A stretch of 64,000 bases of DNA, taken from the NCBI RefSeq assembly GCF_001194135.2, contig NC_068987.1, forward strand, positions 6,979,983 through 7,043,982. The letters run 5' to 3'. The position numbers and the translations under genes were made by a program. A model generated the notes under the pieces. That model was not told where the DNA came from and made no database searches. It saw nothing but the letters and a program-made list of their open reading frames with translations. This document shows, one piece after another, positions 14,030 through 26,604 of the stretch (its first letter is position 1; each line of letters starts with the position of its first letter). Source of the stretch: Octopus bimaculoides (taxonomy: Eukaryota).

Positions 14030-14532
14030 TTATGTTTGACTTTTGTTTTGCATTTGTACAAGTTCGATCCAAGTCTCACCCAGAGACCTCAAGAGACAAC
14101 AAGTTAGAAGTTCATGTAGGTGTTATGCCTAGGGTACCATATATTTGGATTTGTACAGTTTTGTTTAAGTGAATGTTTAAGAAACCATAAGAAAATTATG
14201 TGTTTGCTTTAAAATTTGAGATCACATAGACAGTATTTTACGTAGGATATGGGCAGTTCCCATGAGCACTATCTTTTGAACTTCAGCCATTTTGGGGTTT
14301 CCTGGAATCTGATCTAGGTAGTAATCAGCCCGTTTCGCTGTCATTCCCAGGGCACCTATGACAATAGGTATTGTTTTCGTCTTCAGATTCCACATTTTGC
14401 TAATTTCTATTTCAAGATTTTTATATTTGCTCAGTTTTTGGTAGGTCTTGCTCAGTTTTTGGTAGGTCTTGCTCAGTTTTTGGTAGGTCTTTACTCAGTT
14501 TTTGGTAGGTCTTGCTCAGTTTTTGGTAGGTC

Positions 14533-14534
<2 letters not shown>
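14030..14534 (-). mobile_element. R4/Dong-like 3' end (RLE C-terminus + 3' UTR), 5'-truncated
   Basis: Minus strand open frame KTYQKLSKYKNLEIEISKMWNLKTKTIPIVIGALGMTAKRADYYLDQIPGNPKMAEVQKIVLMGTAHILRKILSM*, then UTR ending at (TAA)n. Confidence 0.85.
14429..14534. repeat. Five tandem copies of a 21-bp unit (gctcagtttttggtaggtctt)
   Basis: Counted directly; the fourth unit starts tactcag; (ATT)n 14535-14610 follows immediately. Confidence 0.95.
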
Positions 14535-14610
<76 letters not shown>

Positions 14611-14716
14611 TAAGTAGTTTACTCGTTCTTCAGATTTATGTCACAAACAACACAAGTTAAACAAGTATATTGCTGTATTTTAACACCGACCATTTTGTTT
14701 CTATTTGTGAAAATAG

Positions 14717-14764
14717 AACATGTCTAGAAATCCATCAGACTCCAGAACACGTCATACCAGTTAC
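14717..14764 (+). CDS. Candidate exon (possible start MSRNPSDSRTRHTSY)
   Basis: aatag acceptor, ac|gtaagt consensus donor, ATG at 14720; two frames are open so the reading is ambiguous. Confidence 0.25.
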
Positions 14765-14869
14765 GTAAGTGTTAACAGACTTGTCGCTGGTAAATTAAAC
14801 AGCTAAGTAGAAAAGGAAAAAAATCAGTCAGACAAACCCAAACAAAAAAGAAATGTTAGTCGCGGGCTA

Positions 14870-15960
14870 ATATGATTTTGTTTCTATTAGAAGAGACTCA
14901 GCATACATTTCGGTACTTTTGCTGTCAATACAAAGAAGTATAGCTTTCACCGTTCTTGTCGAAGTAGAGGTTACAGAGTCACTAAATGAAAGCGAACATA
15001 TACTTGAGAAGTAGACCACTATTAGTGGCTGGAATATCAATTTTCTTTTATACATGTGATTTAGAATCTTTGGTGCTTTTTAAAAAAAGGGTACCTTATT
15101 GATGTTATCGGCATTTCGTCCGGTTTTACTTCCTGAATTCAAATTCAGCTAAGTCGGCGACCTATAGAGATTATCATGACTATAGCTTATTAAAAGAACA
15201 TCGATTACATTAGTCCTTAGGGGCTATTTTTTCATATTTCACTGTTTTATATAATAATTTTCTTTGTCTCCAGTATATCCTGCTTAAATTCTCTCAGTTG
15301 TATGTGTGTGCAGAAGATATACTATTCGGTCCTGTTCATTGATTCTAAAGTGTTTCTATGCTAGTATTTGCCGCAAGCTTTCTTATATTACTTTCTTTAT
15401 ATAGCAAGATAATTTTCCTAGTTTCACTGTCTTCAGGTTGGTTTATGCACATTGTCCTCAGCATAATATCATGCAAATTACTTTGCAATAATAGACATTT
15501 TTTTGAGGAAAGTTTTCTTAACATTGTCATTGTATAACTTGAGGTAGTCCATATACAAAAAAATAAATGCTTTTATCTGATTTCACCGTTGTTTGATATG
15601 CCAGTTTAAGATGTTAGCTTCAGACAGAAGACAACCGGATATGGAATCCTTGGAGTTTTTCTTTTTCCAAGGCATTTAAATATTTTGATATGCTTGCTGC
15701 TCATCTGGAAACATATTTTTTCCAGTTGATTATTTACTTCGGTAAAATTAAGGCAAATAATCCTGTGTAAGTTTTTAAAAAGATAAGTTATAGATTCGTA
15801 AGTTTTAGGGTCTACAGATTCTTGATGATGTATTCGTTCTTTTCAATAACATTGTTTGTAGGGTCTCTCGCTGCCACTGTTCCCTTTGTTTCAGTCATTA
15901 GAATGTGGCCATGCTTGTGCAACGCCTTAAAAGAATTTTAATCGGACGAATCGATACAAA
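14870..15960 (-). mobile_element. Decayed R4/Dong-like RT fragment
   Basis: Minus-strand remnants: DPKTY..., FPDEQQAY, FLYMDYLKLY (YMDD-like catalytic motif), ctctacttcgacaagaacggtga (RLY-x-PR-x-x-GGRG-like). Confidence 0.65.
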
Positions 15961-15964
15961 TACT

Positions 15965-16275
15965 TTTCAAAGCCTTGTATTTTTTCTATCGGACCTATTT
16001 GCCGAACCGCTGAGTTACAGGAAAGTAAACACGCCAACATCGCTTATCAAGTGATGGTGGAGACAAACGCAGACACAGACACCCCCCACACACACACACT
16101 CACGCACACACATATACAACTGGTTACTTTCAGTCTCCAAATCCTCTTACATGGCTTTCGTCAGCCTGTGGTTATAGTACAAGGCACATGCCGAAGGTGC
16201 TACATAGTGGAACGGAACTTGCAGGCATCTGATTGAGAAGCAAACTTCTTACCGCATTGCCACACCTGCCCCTGT
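15965..16275 (-). mobile_element. tRNA-derived SINE (family of 49841-50211), diverged
   Basis: Reverse complement aligns to the 49841 copy: ...gtaagaagtttgcttctcaatcagatg...; aactcagcggttcggcaaataggtccgatagaa. Confidence 0.7.
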
Positions 16276-17066
16276 TGTTGACATTTTATCACAGAATTTG
16301 ATCATAATATTCTCCCAAAGTATGTGACAAAATTGTTATTTACGAACCCAGCATCTAACAAAAGTTTTGAGACCGTAAACCATGATTATATCACGGACAT
16401 GAGCAAAACGAATTAAGTAAATAACAGAATGTGATAAAATAAAACCCTAGGTCAGTTACAGAATACTTAACAAAAACAACTGAAAGCACAATGCAGTCAT
16501 TATTGAAAAGAAGACTACGTAATATCGTTGGAGCATACAATGAACTTTTATCCTTTAAAATGCTTAATTTATTTTCACCTTTAGCTTGTTATCGTTACCA
16601 TTTCCATATTATAAATTTCCTATACTTTAATCATCTTATATCTCTTTTTATTTTATTTCTCTTTTTTTGTTTGTTTTCTTGGTTCTGTTTTGGTGTTTAG
16701 TGTTTTGTATGTGTTTTGTATGTGTTTCATGCTTTGGTGTCGTTGAGTTGTGAATCTTCTAACATATACTTGTTGCACATGTAAGTGCTGTCTGATCGGG
16801 TTTCTTACTGTTCGTCACTCGTATTTTTCTGATATATATTTTCTCTTTTAAATAAGTCAATAGATAAGTATTTAAACAATATCTGCTTTCAGTTAGCTAC
16901 TCTGTTAAGATAGTTTTCCCTTGAAAACATTTTGTAAAGGATATAATAAGGTAGTTTCTGTTTTAATTTGCGCAAATCGACGCAAAACGTCCGTCTCCTT
17001 TTGTCGTACTTCTTATACCCCAGATTCCATGTGTGTATGTGTGTGTGTTCCGTTTATTAACTCTAG

Positions 17067-17117
17067 GCTGGAGAATATGGTTTTTATTCGTATTATTTGC
17101 CCTTTCTGCGTGCGACG
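17067..17117 (+). CDS. Candidate 51-nt exon (signal-peptide-like WRIWFLFVLFALSACD in phase 1; all three frames open)
   Basis: ttccgtttattaactctag acceptor with ttaac branch-like motif; acg|gtattg donor. Confidence 0.3.
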
Positions 17118-17386
17118 GTATTGGATAAACTCTTAATTGTTCTTTTACTGATATTAACCGTGCTACTATTGTTTAGAAAGCCCTGAGGTCGATGACAATT
17201 ATAAACAGAATACACTAATCATAGATAGAAATGATCAGTAAATTTTACAAGTGTTATGCAGCTATTGCACATTCACCCCACTTTTTCCATTTTCTTCTTT
17301 TTTAACATTGAATACTTTCGGAATACTCGAGCACCATTCTTGCATGCTAAACGCCACCAGTTTTCTTTTTCTTATTCTTTTTCATA

Positions 17387-17395
17387 TTATTATTA

Positions 17396-17456
<61 letters not shown>

Positions 17457-17480
17457 CATTATTATTATTATCATTATTTA
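17387..17480. repeat. (ATT/ATC)n microsatellite
   Basis: Direct inspection. Confidence 0.95.
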
Positions 17481-17489
17481 TATTTATCA

Positions 17490-17625
17490 GTGAGCTGGTT
17501 GTATCGTTACCACGCCGGCCAAAATGCTTAGCGACATTTCGTCAGTCTTTACATTCTGATATCGATTTGTATTTATCGTTTCGAGGTCGATCTAGTAAGT
17601 TCAATTAAATGTTGGTGTCCTTGCA
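17490..17625 (+). mobile_element. SINE (second family), partial
   Basis: gagctggttgtatcgttaccacgccggccaaaatgcttagcgacatttcgtc, homologous to 17704 and 52038. Confidence 0.7.
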
Positions 17626-17703
17626 ATTTACCATCGCCCTCCCTGAAAACGCCGGTGATGTGCTAAACTTTGAAAATTTGAGATAATATTTCAAGGTATT
17701 AAT

Positions 17704-17905
17704 CTGGCAGAATCGTTAGCACGCCGGACGAAATGCTTAGCGGCATTTTGTCCGTCTTTACATTATGAGTTTAGATTCCGACGAGATCGACGTTGCCGTT
17801 CATCTTTTCAGGGTCGATAAATTAAGTACCAGTGAGACACTGGGGTCGATGTAATCGACTAGCCCCTTCCCCCAAAATTCGAGGCCGTTTGCTTTTAGTA
17901 GAAAG
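17704..17905 (+). mobile_element. SINE (second family)
   Basis: ctggcagaatcgttagcacgccggacgaaatgcttagcggc...gggtcgataaattaagtaccagtgagacactggggtcgatgtaatcgact; aligns with 52038-52230. Confidence 0.8.
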
Positions 17906-18789
17906 GAGTATCATTTTATATTATAGTGGCTCATTCTGTACTCATCATAGCCCTGTAAATCTATATTTGTTTTTACCAATTTCGTCGACTGAAATTCAAT
18001 TTACTTCTCAAAATTTTCATTCCTACTGTTTGTAATGTAATTAAGACAAAGCGATTTTAAAAGTTGCAAGGGTTTTCTCAATTAGTAGACCACGATACCG
18101 TACAAAAACGTTGTCAGTTTTGATTTGAGGAGGGAGGAGATATCCAGGGTAGCAATCTTGCAAAAGTCAACGAGAAAATATGACATATTAACACTCTGGA
18201 CAAAATGCATGGTGGCGTTTCTTCCATCGCTCTATGTATTTAGTTCAAATATTGCCGAGGTCAATGTTGTCTATCTTTCTTTCAGAATCGCTAAAATAAA
18301 GTAGCAGTGAAGAACTTGGATCGATATAATCTGATATTCCCCCTCCACAAAATAACTGGGCTTGATTCAAAAAGAGAAAAAAAAAATTCTCCACCTTACG
18401 TATGTCCATTGTTTTAGTTTTGCAATTTTGTATCACATTGAAATTAATATATGCAATATGGGTTCAATATTTGTTACTGTGATACGTTGAGGATTAACTA
18501 TGTCTGACTCCCAAAACAGGGGGAAGTGAATAGTTGTACCACAATGGTTTTTCTTAAAGCGGTTAAATGCTGAGGGCTCGACTCGTATAGCGCAGCTTAG
18601 CTATATAACTATGTTGCAAGTATATTTTGTCAAAATAATAATAATAATAATAATAATTGACAAAAGTGATAATTTGTCATCTATATTACAGCAGAAGTTG
18701 CGAATATTTTCTTTTTGATATCACTAACGCTGAAAACCTGTTAAAGTGTCACAACTGTTACTGCTTCTCTCTCACTCAGGTGGGATTTT

Positions 18790-20030
18790 TGTATATATAG
18801 GAGTTCCAGTCACGAAGCTATTGAGTATGTAAAAGCAGGTCTCAATGGTTAACTGATTTATTTCTCATCAGAATGTCAGCATTGTTCCTGTTTAGATTCA
18901 GAATTTACCTGTTTTGAAGTGTAAACCAATTTCGTTGGAGAATTTTATCACTACAGGTATAATTGGTTTGCTACTTTTTTTAATGCAGCGTGTACAAGGT
19001 TACGAAGCAGGTCATTTTAGTTAGAAAGATCGTAGGCAACATTAATGATTACCATCTCATATTGTTTCTTGAAGTTCATTTGTCGTCCGCCATCGCCTCA
19101 TTTAGAAGATGTACAGCCATTGTCTGTCAGACATATTGAATACAATGAATTCTTTTCAATAGACAACTCGTTTTGCGGTCTGTGACAATTTATGAGCTTT
19201 CACTGTATGTGTGTTAATGGCGAAAAGAGGTTTCTTGCTATTGAGATGGGAATTTTTCTTTTCTTTTGACTCTCATGAAAATTTGTTTCCCATTGTTTCG
19301 GATAGTCCTCACACACATAATTTTACAATAATCTATACGCAAATACTGGTAAAATAGCGAGTGGTCCAAATTATCTATGTCGGTTCATTAAATTTACGAT
19401 TCATCTGTTCAACTTTGAAGACTCATTTATTACCAATTTCATGTATTTTGCTACCCAAAAAACATTTTAATGTCCGTGCTAAAATGCTAGCCGATAATCA
19501 ACAAACTATTTTGCTGGCCTTTGCACTATCCCTATTTAGTACTTTTAAATAAAGGAAAAACAAAATTAACATTGAATGAAGTGAAAGCGGAAAGTACTTC
19601 TCCCACCTTGGAATATCCCAGTGAGTATTTCTTGAGACTGCAATTTATATTCATTGTGACCATTAAAATGTGTGAAATTCATTATGGCATCGTCAATCAA
19701 TGTACTTCCTGCATACTGATTAGCAAGTTTTCTTGTTGACTCAGGTACATGAAATTTCGTACCTTGGCAACATATAATACGATCTTGCTAACATGATTGA
19801 TTACCGTATAAGTGTAGGAATATACCAACTGAAGCCAACTGGGATACTGTTTCATCTGTTGGTGTTTTCTTGGGAACCATGTGTTCTTGCCAGTAAGGAA
19901 CCATCTACGTCCTTAGTTCGAACTGTTTAAGAGCGTTCAAAACACATGCAGCATTGTAGTGCACTATCAAACGAAAACCTCCAAGCGTTTTGTTGTCAAT
20001 GCCGAAAAGTTTCGCATTTTAATATAGCAT
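18790..20030 (-). mobile_element. Highly decayed R4/Dong-like RT/thumb fragment
   Basis: Minus-strand remnants of GIFQG (gggatattccaaggtg), INT-x-x-V and RLY...GGR (ggctgtacatcttctaaatgaggcgatggcgga); many stops. Confidence 0.55.
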
Positions 20031-20479
20031 CGTATTTTTCTCAACTTCTGCGATTTTACTCAGCGACGACCAGCTTTTAAGGGTAACAAGTTTTAAGTTG
20101 TCGCAGGCATAGCTAAGTGGTTAAAATTCTTCTTTTACAACCATGCAATCCAAGAATCGGTCTCACTGACCAGTATTTTGTGAACGTTCATTTACAACAT
20201 TGGGCTCATTTAAACCTTGTAAGTAGATGTTAGTGGACAGAAACAATGTAGAAAATAGTCGGGTCTTTTATACTCAATTCAAAGGTTCAGCTTCATCATA
20301 TTTGCGTTAGGTGTATTCTGTATGAGAATAACGAGGACTATTCAACACTTAGCATGATACTTAAATTCAATTATTACCTTGTCCAGTTCATCGAACAACT
20401 AGGCACTCACGTATCGAAAGCGACCTATGAGTTCATATTTAAGTAAAGCGAACATTTTGCTTCGTTTTAAGCACTCGGG

Positions 20480-21452
20480 TAGTTTGCACTGCTGTTTATT
20501 CATTCCTTGATGCTGTAGCTAATCATGGCACAATATGTATTTTTGTTAATAATTATAGACGGATGATAATCTGCTACCTATGTTGTTTCATTTGTTTCCC
20601 TAGCAAGAGCATGTGTTATTTTTTTTAAATATCACTTCTATTTGCTTAAACAAGAAGTTAACACGGTATGGTGGTTAGTTCTTGTTCATACGATTTATCG
20701 TGAGGACATATCTTCCGGTGAGCATAGCTGTTGACTCGACCATGTCGATCGTAATACAATGGGCAAAAGACTAGACAACTTCATCATAATGTGGTCAATT
20801 GCACTGATTACATGCTCTACGCTTCGCATTTCTTTTTCGGCTTTTATAGTTTGTAGCTAAGCATTGCCTTCATGCAGCTCACATCTTATCTTCCGCTTTT
20901 CTCTTTCTAGCCAAGTGCTTTCGGTCATTGCAGATTTCTAGCTCTGCTTTACTTCTCTTTCGACTTTTGCAGGGATGGGACGGAGTTCATCTTTTCACTT
21001 TCACTTCAGCATTGTTTGATTTTGTCTATGGCTTTCTTTTCAAAGTTTTTCTAATGCCGTGCTCTAATCTAAATCTTTCCAGGCAGCTGACTTTGAGTTT
21101 TTACTCAGTCGTTTCGTTTACTTGTATTTGTAGAAGAGATTGTTTCTTTCTTCATTTCCCTTTATTCCCTCATAAGGCTTTATTTGTTTACTTGTTTCTT
21201 GGAATTTCTCTAGTCACAATCTTTGTATATTTTATTAATAGTATATGCCTATATTTCACGTACATTATATCTATATCAGCTTTGGCTTGGTAGATTTGAA
21301 ACTCTGTTACTCGGTTTTTCTTACGAAAATCAACTTCTAGTTTATCATTTTATTATGTTGGAACTGAAGTTTCTAACTTCGAAACTACATACATACATAC
21401 GTCCACACATATCTATATGTGTGTGTATGTGTATATATATATATATATATGA

Positions 21453-21494
<42 letters not shown>

Positions 21495-23630
21495 TATCGT
21501 ATATATAAAACGGATATTTTAAAATATTAGTCTCATACTATTCTGGGTTTTTTCTACTGCTTTAGTTTATTTCTCTATGTTGTTGTTTTTTTTCTATCAG
21601 TTCCTTGAACGTCATATCTATATGGATAGTTCTATTAACATTCACTGGAATTGGGTGTCTGGGACTACTTTAATGTTCTCAGTTTTATTTTTTGTTTTAC
21701 CTCTTTTAATAGTAGCTCATATTTTTAGTCCTGTTCTTATTTGTATATCTTGATTGAATTCATACACAATATCTATCTCGTAGAAGAATCTGCAAATGCA
21801 TATTGAGTAATTTCCTTCATAAATAGTTTTATGGCTGCCATCTTCAAGAGATGCTTCCTATTTTCTCCTGCAGAATTTATAGCCTTTATAGCCATTTGTG
21901 ATTGCATTCGGCAAATTTGTTAATGGAGTCAGTGGTAAACAAATTACAGAGGGCTAAGATGTTTCCTTCAAAGATTATAAGGCTTGTTTTATTATAAGGC
22001 TTGTTTTAATCATCTCCTCTGTGCTTCGCAAGGATGTAGTTATTTTCTATTTCGATATATATACATATATATATATATATTTATATATTTATGCATATAT
22101 ATATATATANNNNNNNNNNNNNNNNNNNNNNNNNNNNNNNNNNNNNNNNNNNNNNNNNNNNNNNNNNNNNNNNNNNNNNNNNNNNNNNNNNNNNNNNNNN
22201 NNNNNNNNNNNNNNNNNNNNNNNNNNNNNNNNNNNNNNNNNNNNNNNNNNNNNNNNNNNNATATATATACATATATACACATACATATACTTCTATATAT
22301 ATATATATGTGTGTGTGTGTATATATATATATATACTCTCAGTAAGCAATTCACGACAAACTAAAATGAGTTTCTTCTTTGTGCTATCTTCATTCAATAA
22401 AAGGCCTGTTCCGCAGCAGCTTCTCTTTATATTTGTATATCCCTTTCCAACGCTTCTGTTCTCCCCCGTAAGATGTCATTGCTTTCCATGTGAGTAGACA
22501 GTTTGTTTTATAGTGTGTAAGGACCTTGTAAGTTTGGGTACGCAGCGTATAGGCTTGTAATTTGGTGTTTCTCAATTGATTTTGTTTTGGGAATTAATAT
22601 TGTTTTCCTCTCCAGCAGCCATTCAGATGTTGACTCTGATCTGCTTACGAGTTCATTGAATATTGCTGCTACAGATTCATGAGTACTGGGCCCGGTGCTT
22701 CAGCCAGAAATTGGGTACTTTGTCAATTCCAGGGGATCTCCAGTCGTTTGCAGTGTTGGTGAGTGTTTTGTTGGCTAAAGGTAGCCATGTTGGCTGTGCT
22801 ATTGTACCATTTTAACCTTTTCCCTTCTCATCCATTTTGCTTTTTGGTTGTGCCGAATGCATTTGTTCTATATTCCGTGCTAGTTTGCTTTCATATCTGT
22901 TGATATTGGTGTGTTCTCCAGTGTTTTCATTTATTTTATTTTTGTTATTGTGATAATGTCCCAGTAAAATACTTTTGTATTTTATTTATCTCGTTTTCTT
23001 AGAAGATACGCTTCAGTTTTTTTTTTCTTTTTGCAGTATCATCTGCACGCTTTTGCTCTATAATTTGCTTAAGCATTTCTATTGCATCCAGAAGTGTTTT
23101 CTTTTTAAATTTACGAGGATCTTTGTCCCTGTTTTCATGTCTCAGAATTACTTTTCCATTCCACTAGGTTAAACAGGTTTTCTTATTCTAAAATCTATTT
23201 AGTATATTTACTTTCAACTGATTATTGTTATGTTAGGCTGCAGATATTCCTTGTCGATTAGGACCAATCCGTTTATTTCAATATTCCCTCTGCTACTAAA
23301 TTGTTTTGATGATACCGTCTGACATCATTAGATTTGTTTCTTTTCGTCGGTAGAATTTCTGTGAGATCCGTGTTACATGTATTTATACTTTCAGGGACCG
23401 TCTAGTTTTGGGGTCAGAGAGACAGTATTTCATGTTAATCGATGTCCATAGATTTTGTGATTTTGCCTGAATATGTTCTTTATTGGTTCTCTTTGGATCC
23501 CTGTACTGTGACCTATGTTGTCTTCTTGTGATGAATGTTTTCATACCTTTTGTTGTTACAGGTGTGTTTGAGGGAGTTTTGTTGTTTTTGTATTCGGTTC
23601 AATATTTCGAAGGGTACTTTTCGTGACTGT
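20480..23630 (-). mobile_element. Long decayed R4/Dong-like non-LTR retrotransposon (N-terminal region, RT, CCHC remnant), spanning a microsatellite and an N-gap
   Basis: Minus strand: SPGIDKVPNFWLKH, WLLERKTILIPK, ILTGEQK-x-WK (RT domains 0-2); gaaggaaacatcttagccctctg (QGDSLSPL-like); gtagagcatgtaatcagtgca (EHVISAC knuckle remnant). Confidence 0.8.
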
Positions 23631-23649
23631 CATCATCGTTGTCTATATT

Positions 23650-24110
23650 AATTCGTTTTTCTTTGTAATGCCCAATCCATTTCCCAGTACCTACACCATC
23701 AACCACACAGCTACACATACACACACGCGCACGTCAATGTCACCAGCCCCCTTCCACACGCACATACACGCTCTCACATATACACGCACGCGCACCTTCA
23801 TTTTGGGATGACCACTACTTTATTATGTTCCCTTCTTCCCTGCTCTCCTGTGTGACCCCTCTGTTCGTTATTCGCCATGATAGGTCACTAGCCACTAAAC
23901 CTTTCTCTATTTTCTGTCCCTGTTTTTATTTCTTTGTTTTATTTCTGTCGAAGAGCCTAGGCTCGAAACGTAAAAGACTTTCTCACTTTCCAAGCGCTGA
24001 ACTAATACATCTGTTTGTTGTTTACATCCCCATTTTCGAGTTTTGTTTTTTCGTAAATTTTCACTATATATATATATATAGGCGATTCATTGCAATTCAT
24101 TTAGCTTTCT
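23650..24110 (+). mobile_element. Penelope-like element 3' end/pLTR
   Basis: gttcgttattcgccatgataggtcactagccact...ctgtcgaagagcctaggctcgaaacgtaaaagactttctcac...actaatacatctgtttgttgtttac; homologous to the minus-strand copy at 6735-6850. Confidence 0.6.
23940..23977 (+). ncRNA. Minimal hammerhead ribozyme-like motif (U6 variant), second copy
   Basis: TATTT-CTGTCGA-A-GAGC-CTAG-GCTC-GAAAC-GTA-AAAGA; GUA cleavage triplet, one mismatch in stem I. Confidence 0.5.
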
Positions 24111-24279
24111 TCTTTGGATTTGTTGTATTTTAAAAAATAAGTTGTTTCTTTTTGTGTGGATCAGTATATGCAAAATCATTTTAAAATTTATATACTTTGC
24201 ATTCACATTTTATGTTATTCGTTTATTTTTCTTCATCAATTTATACGCTTCTCTTATAGGGACTGTGCATGTTTTATAT

Positions 24280-24900
24280 TGTGTTAATGTTTATAGGAAT
24301 GTAGCACTTTAACATAGTATTCATTGCTCCAACGGTCTGATATTTGTTTCTTTATTTGTGACACTTGAGGTAGGGGACGGCCCGGTTTATTCACATTGAA
24401 TCTTTTGTGGGAAGATGCAAAACGCGTTATACATTTCATTCGTAACGAGTTCAAACCAAACGTCTGATACGAAACTCCAAATATATCGTTATCTGGTCGA
24501 CTATTTTCGTAGCTCTTTGATGTGTTCATGGATACGGGTAATCTGTTTTAAATAAGTTTTGTCCGTTATATGTCGTGTTTGTTTGTTTGTCCGTAGGCAA
24601 GATATCTCAAGAATCACTGGATGGATTCGGATGGAACTTTTAGGGATGTTTGGCCTTGTGACTGACACAAACTGATTAGATTTTGGGATCGATTCGGTAC
24701 CGGACAAGGATTCAGGATTATTTTTCCTGTTTTGTTTTTTTTTACTTAATTTTTGAGCGCGATCGGGTTCATTTTCAGTATTCATGTTGATGGGAGCAGT
24801 CGAGTTTATTTCAGATATTCTCATTTTAAAAATATCATCTTCAGCTAATCGTTGAGCAGACGTTGATATTGCCTTGGCGGGGGTTTGCGTTCTGTGAGTG
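24280..24900 (-). mobile_element. Probable Penelope-like ORF N-terminal remnant
   Basis: Overlapping broken ORFs 24501-24824 and 24284-24529 (EISCLRTNKQTRHITDKTYLKQ...RFASSHK) with helical, basic composition; the family assignment is recalled, not computed. Confidence 0.4.
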
Positions 24901-25139
24901 CTCCTGTTTATCTTATTCTACTCTTTAGAATAACTAATATATTTTATGTTTATTGGAAAGATAAGCTGTGAGGTTACATGTTCCCAGAATCATGGTCAGG
25001 CGAATTATAAAAACGAATTCAAAGTGCCTGGTCGGAGTAACAATATGCTGTGTTAAATAGACAAAATACATTTTATTTCCTATGAGTACATCCTATGAAC
25101 TATTATGATTGACGTTATATAAAGACAGATGGGAAGAAG

Positions 25140-25419
25140 ATGGATCTGGAGTGCCGGATGTTGGTAGCTATAGTGGTGAAGTTAAATGAGGGAGTGATAG
25201 TGGTTGGGGCGATTCTGGGTACGAATGTTGTTGAAAAGTGCTTGAGGGAGATATATGATGGCATAGAGAGGATAATGGTGATGATGATAATTAGTTGTTG
25301 TGGAGATTGGGATCACGGTGGTGGTGATGTGGGAAATGAGAATAACAACGGAGGGATGATAATGATGATGACGGTCATGACGATGGTGATTACGATGATG
25401 ATGATGATGATGCTGCTGC

Positions 25420-25453
<34 letters not shown>

Positions 25454-26170
25454 AGTGCTGGTGATGGTGGTGCTAAGACTGCGGCAGGGGAGATGATAAA
25501 CGAGAATTGTGATGGCGGAGATAGTGTTTTTGATGACGATGATCCTGATGGTGGTGATTGTTAGGAGCAGGAAGAGGAGGAGGAGAATAATCATGGTGTT
25601 AATGATGGAAGTGATGCTAAGAGTTGTAGATGTGATACGTACGGATAGCGTAATTGTGCGCTATGATAATGGCGGTGGTGTGATGTGGTATATGTCTTGT
25701 GTGCGGATCAAATCTTTTGTGGTGATGGTGAATGTGGTGGCATTATGTCATTTTGCTTTTGGATAACCCGAATAACGTGATACTGCATTCATTTCCGGGA
25801 CTGCGGAAATACCAACCTACATCATATCACCTCTGCTATCATCATCATCATCACTGCTCATACGCCCAATATCATCATCATCATAAAACCCACATATGTC
25901 GCCTTCACGGGCCATAAGTTCATCATCACATCATCATACTCTTAGCCCTCAACTACAAACCATCGGCACCACCATCAATGTCATTATTATATTTACCACC
26001 TACTTCCTCCGACTCCCCCTCCTCCCCACCTATGTCATCATCATGATCATCATCAACAACAACATCATTATCGCCTTCTTCATCGTCTCAGCTTAGCACC
26101 ACCACAAAATCGTCGTCGATGTCGGCGCCAACATCATCATAAACAGCAGCAGCAGCATCACCTTTTTCAT
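25140..26170. repeat. Low-complexity GAT/GGT block (25140-25760) followed by CAT/CAC block (25810-26170)
   Basis: Direct inspection; the Met/Val/Ile-rich ORFs here are repeat artefacts. Confidence 0.85.
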
Positions 26171-26604
26171 CACATTTTTGTCACTATATGTTCCTCTTAC
26201 TGACAAGCTTCTAAGGTTTCTTTTTTGTTCTTGTTGTTCTTTGGAAATATGACGGCTTTTACCCTATATGAACAAGTCAGGTGTTTTGTCTAATTAATTT
26301 AGTGTCTTCTTAAACATGCCTTAAACTACATTACACATCATTCTGCCTCCGAAATTATTTTTCTTCGATTAAGATCTACGGTCATGATTGTTCACGCAGT
26401 GTAATTTGAACAATTTGGACCGTGAAAAATTCCTTCGCTGCACAGGCAACACCCAGAATTCTTTTGCTGTTTTTGCTATTTCGTTAAGTCTATTTATTTT
26501 AGTCAGAGACCGCTTCTGAGACCAGGTTGGTGCGACTTAGCGAAGATCTGTTTCAGGCGTTCTTTAATTTGAAGTATGCCTTGTTTTATGTTATATTTCT
26601 GTAA

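Noticed and set aside
14867-15530. ORFs 14867-15055 and 15345-15530 as host-gene exons
   Set aside because: They lie within a decayed RT remnant (YMDYLKLY in another frame) and have no splice support.
18691-18780. Segment RSCEYFLFDITNAENLLKCHNCYCFSLTQ that could complete a CxxC...CxxC finger with 17067 read in phase 2
   Set aside because: Depends on choosing one of three open frames in several tiny exons; too easily obtained by chance.
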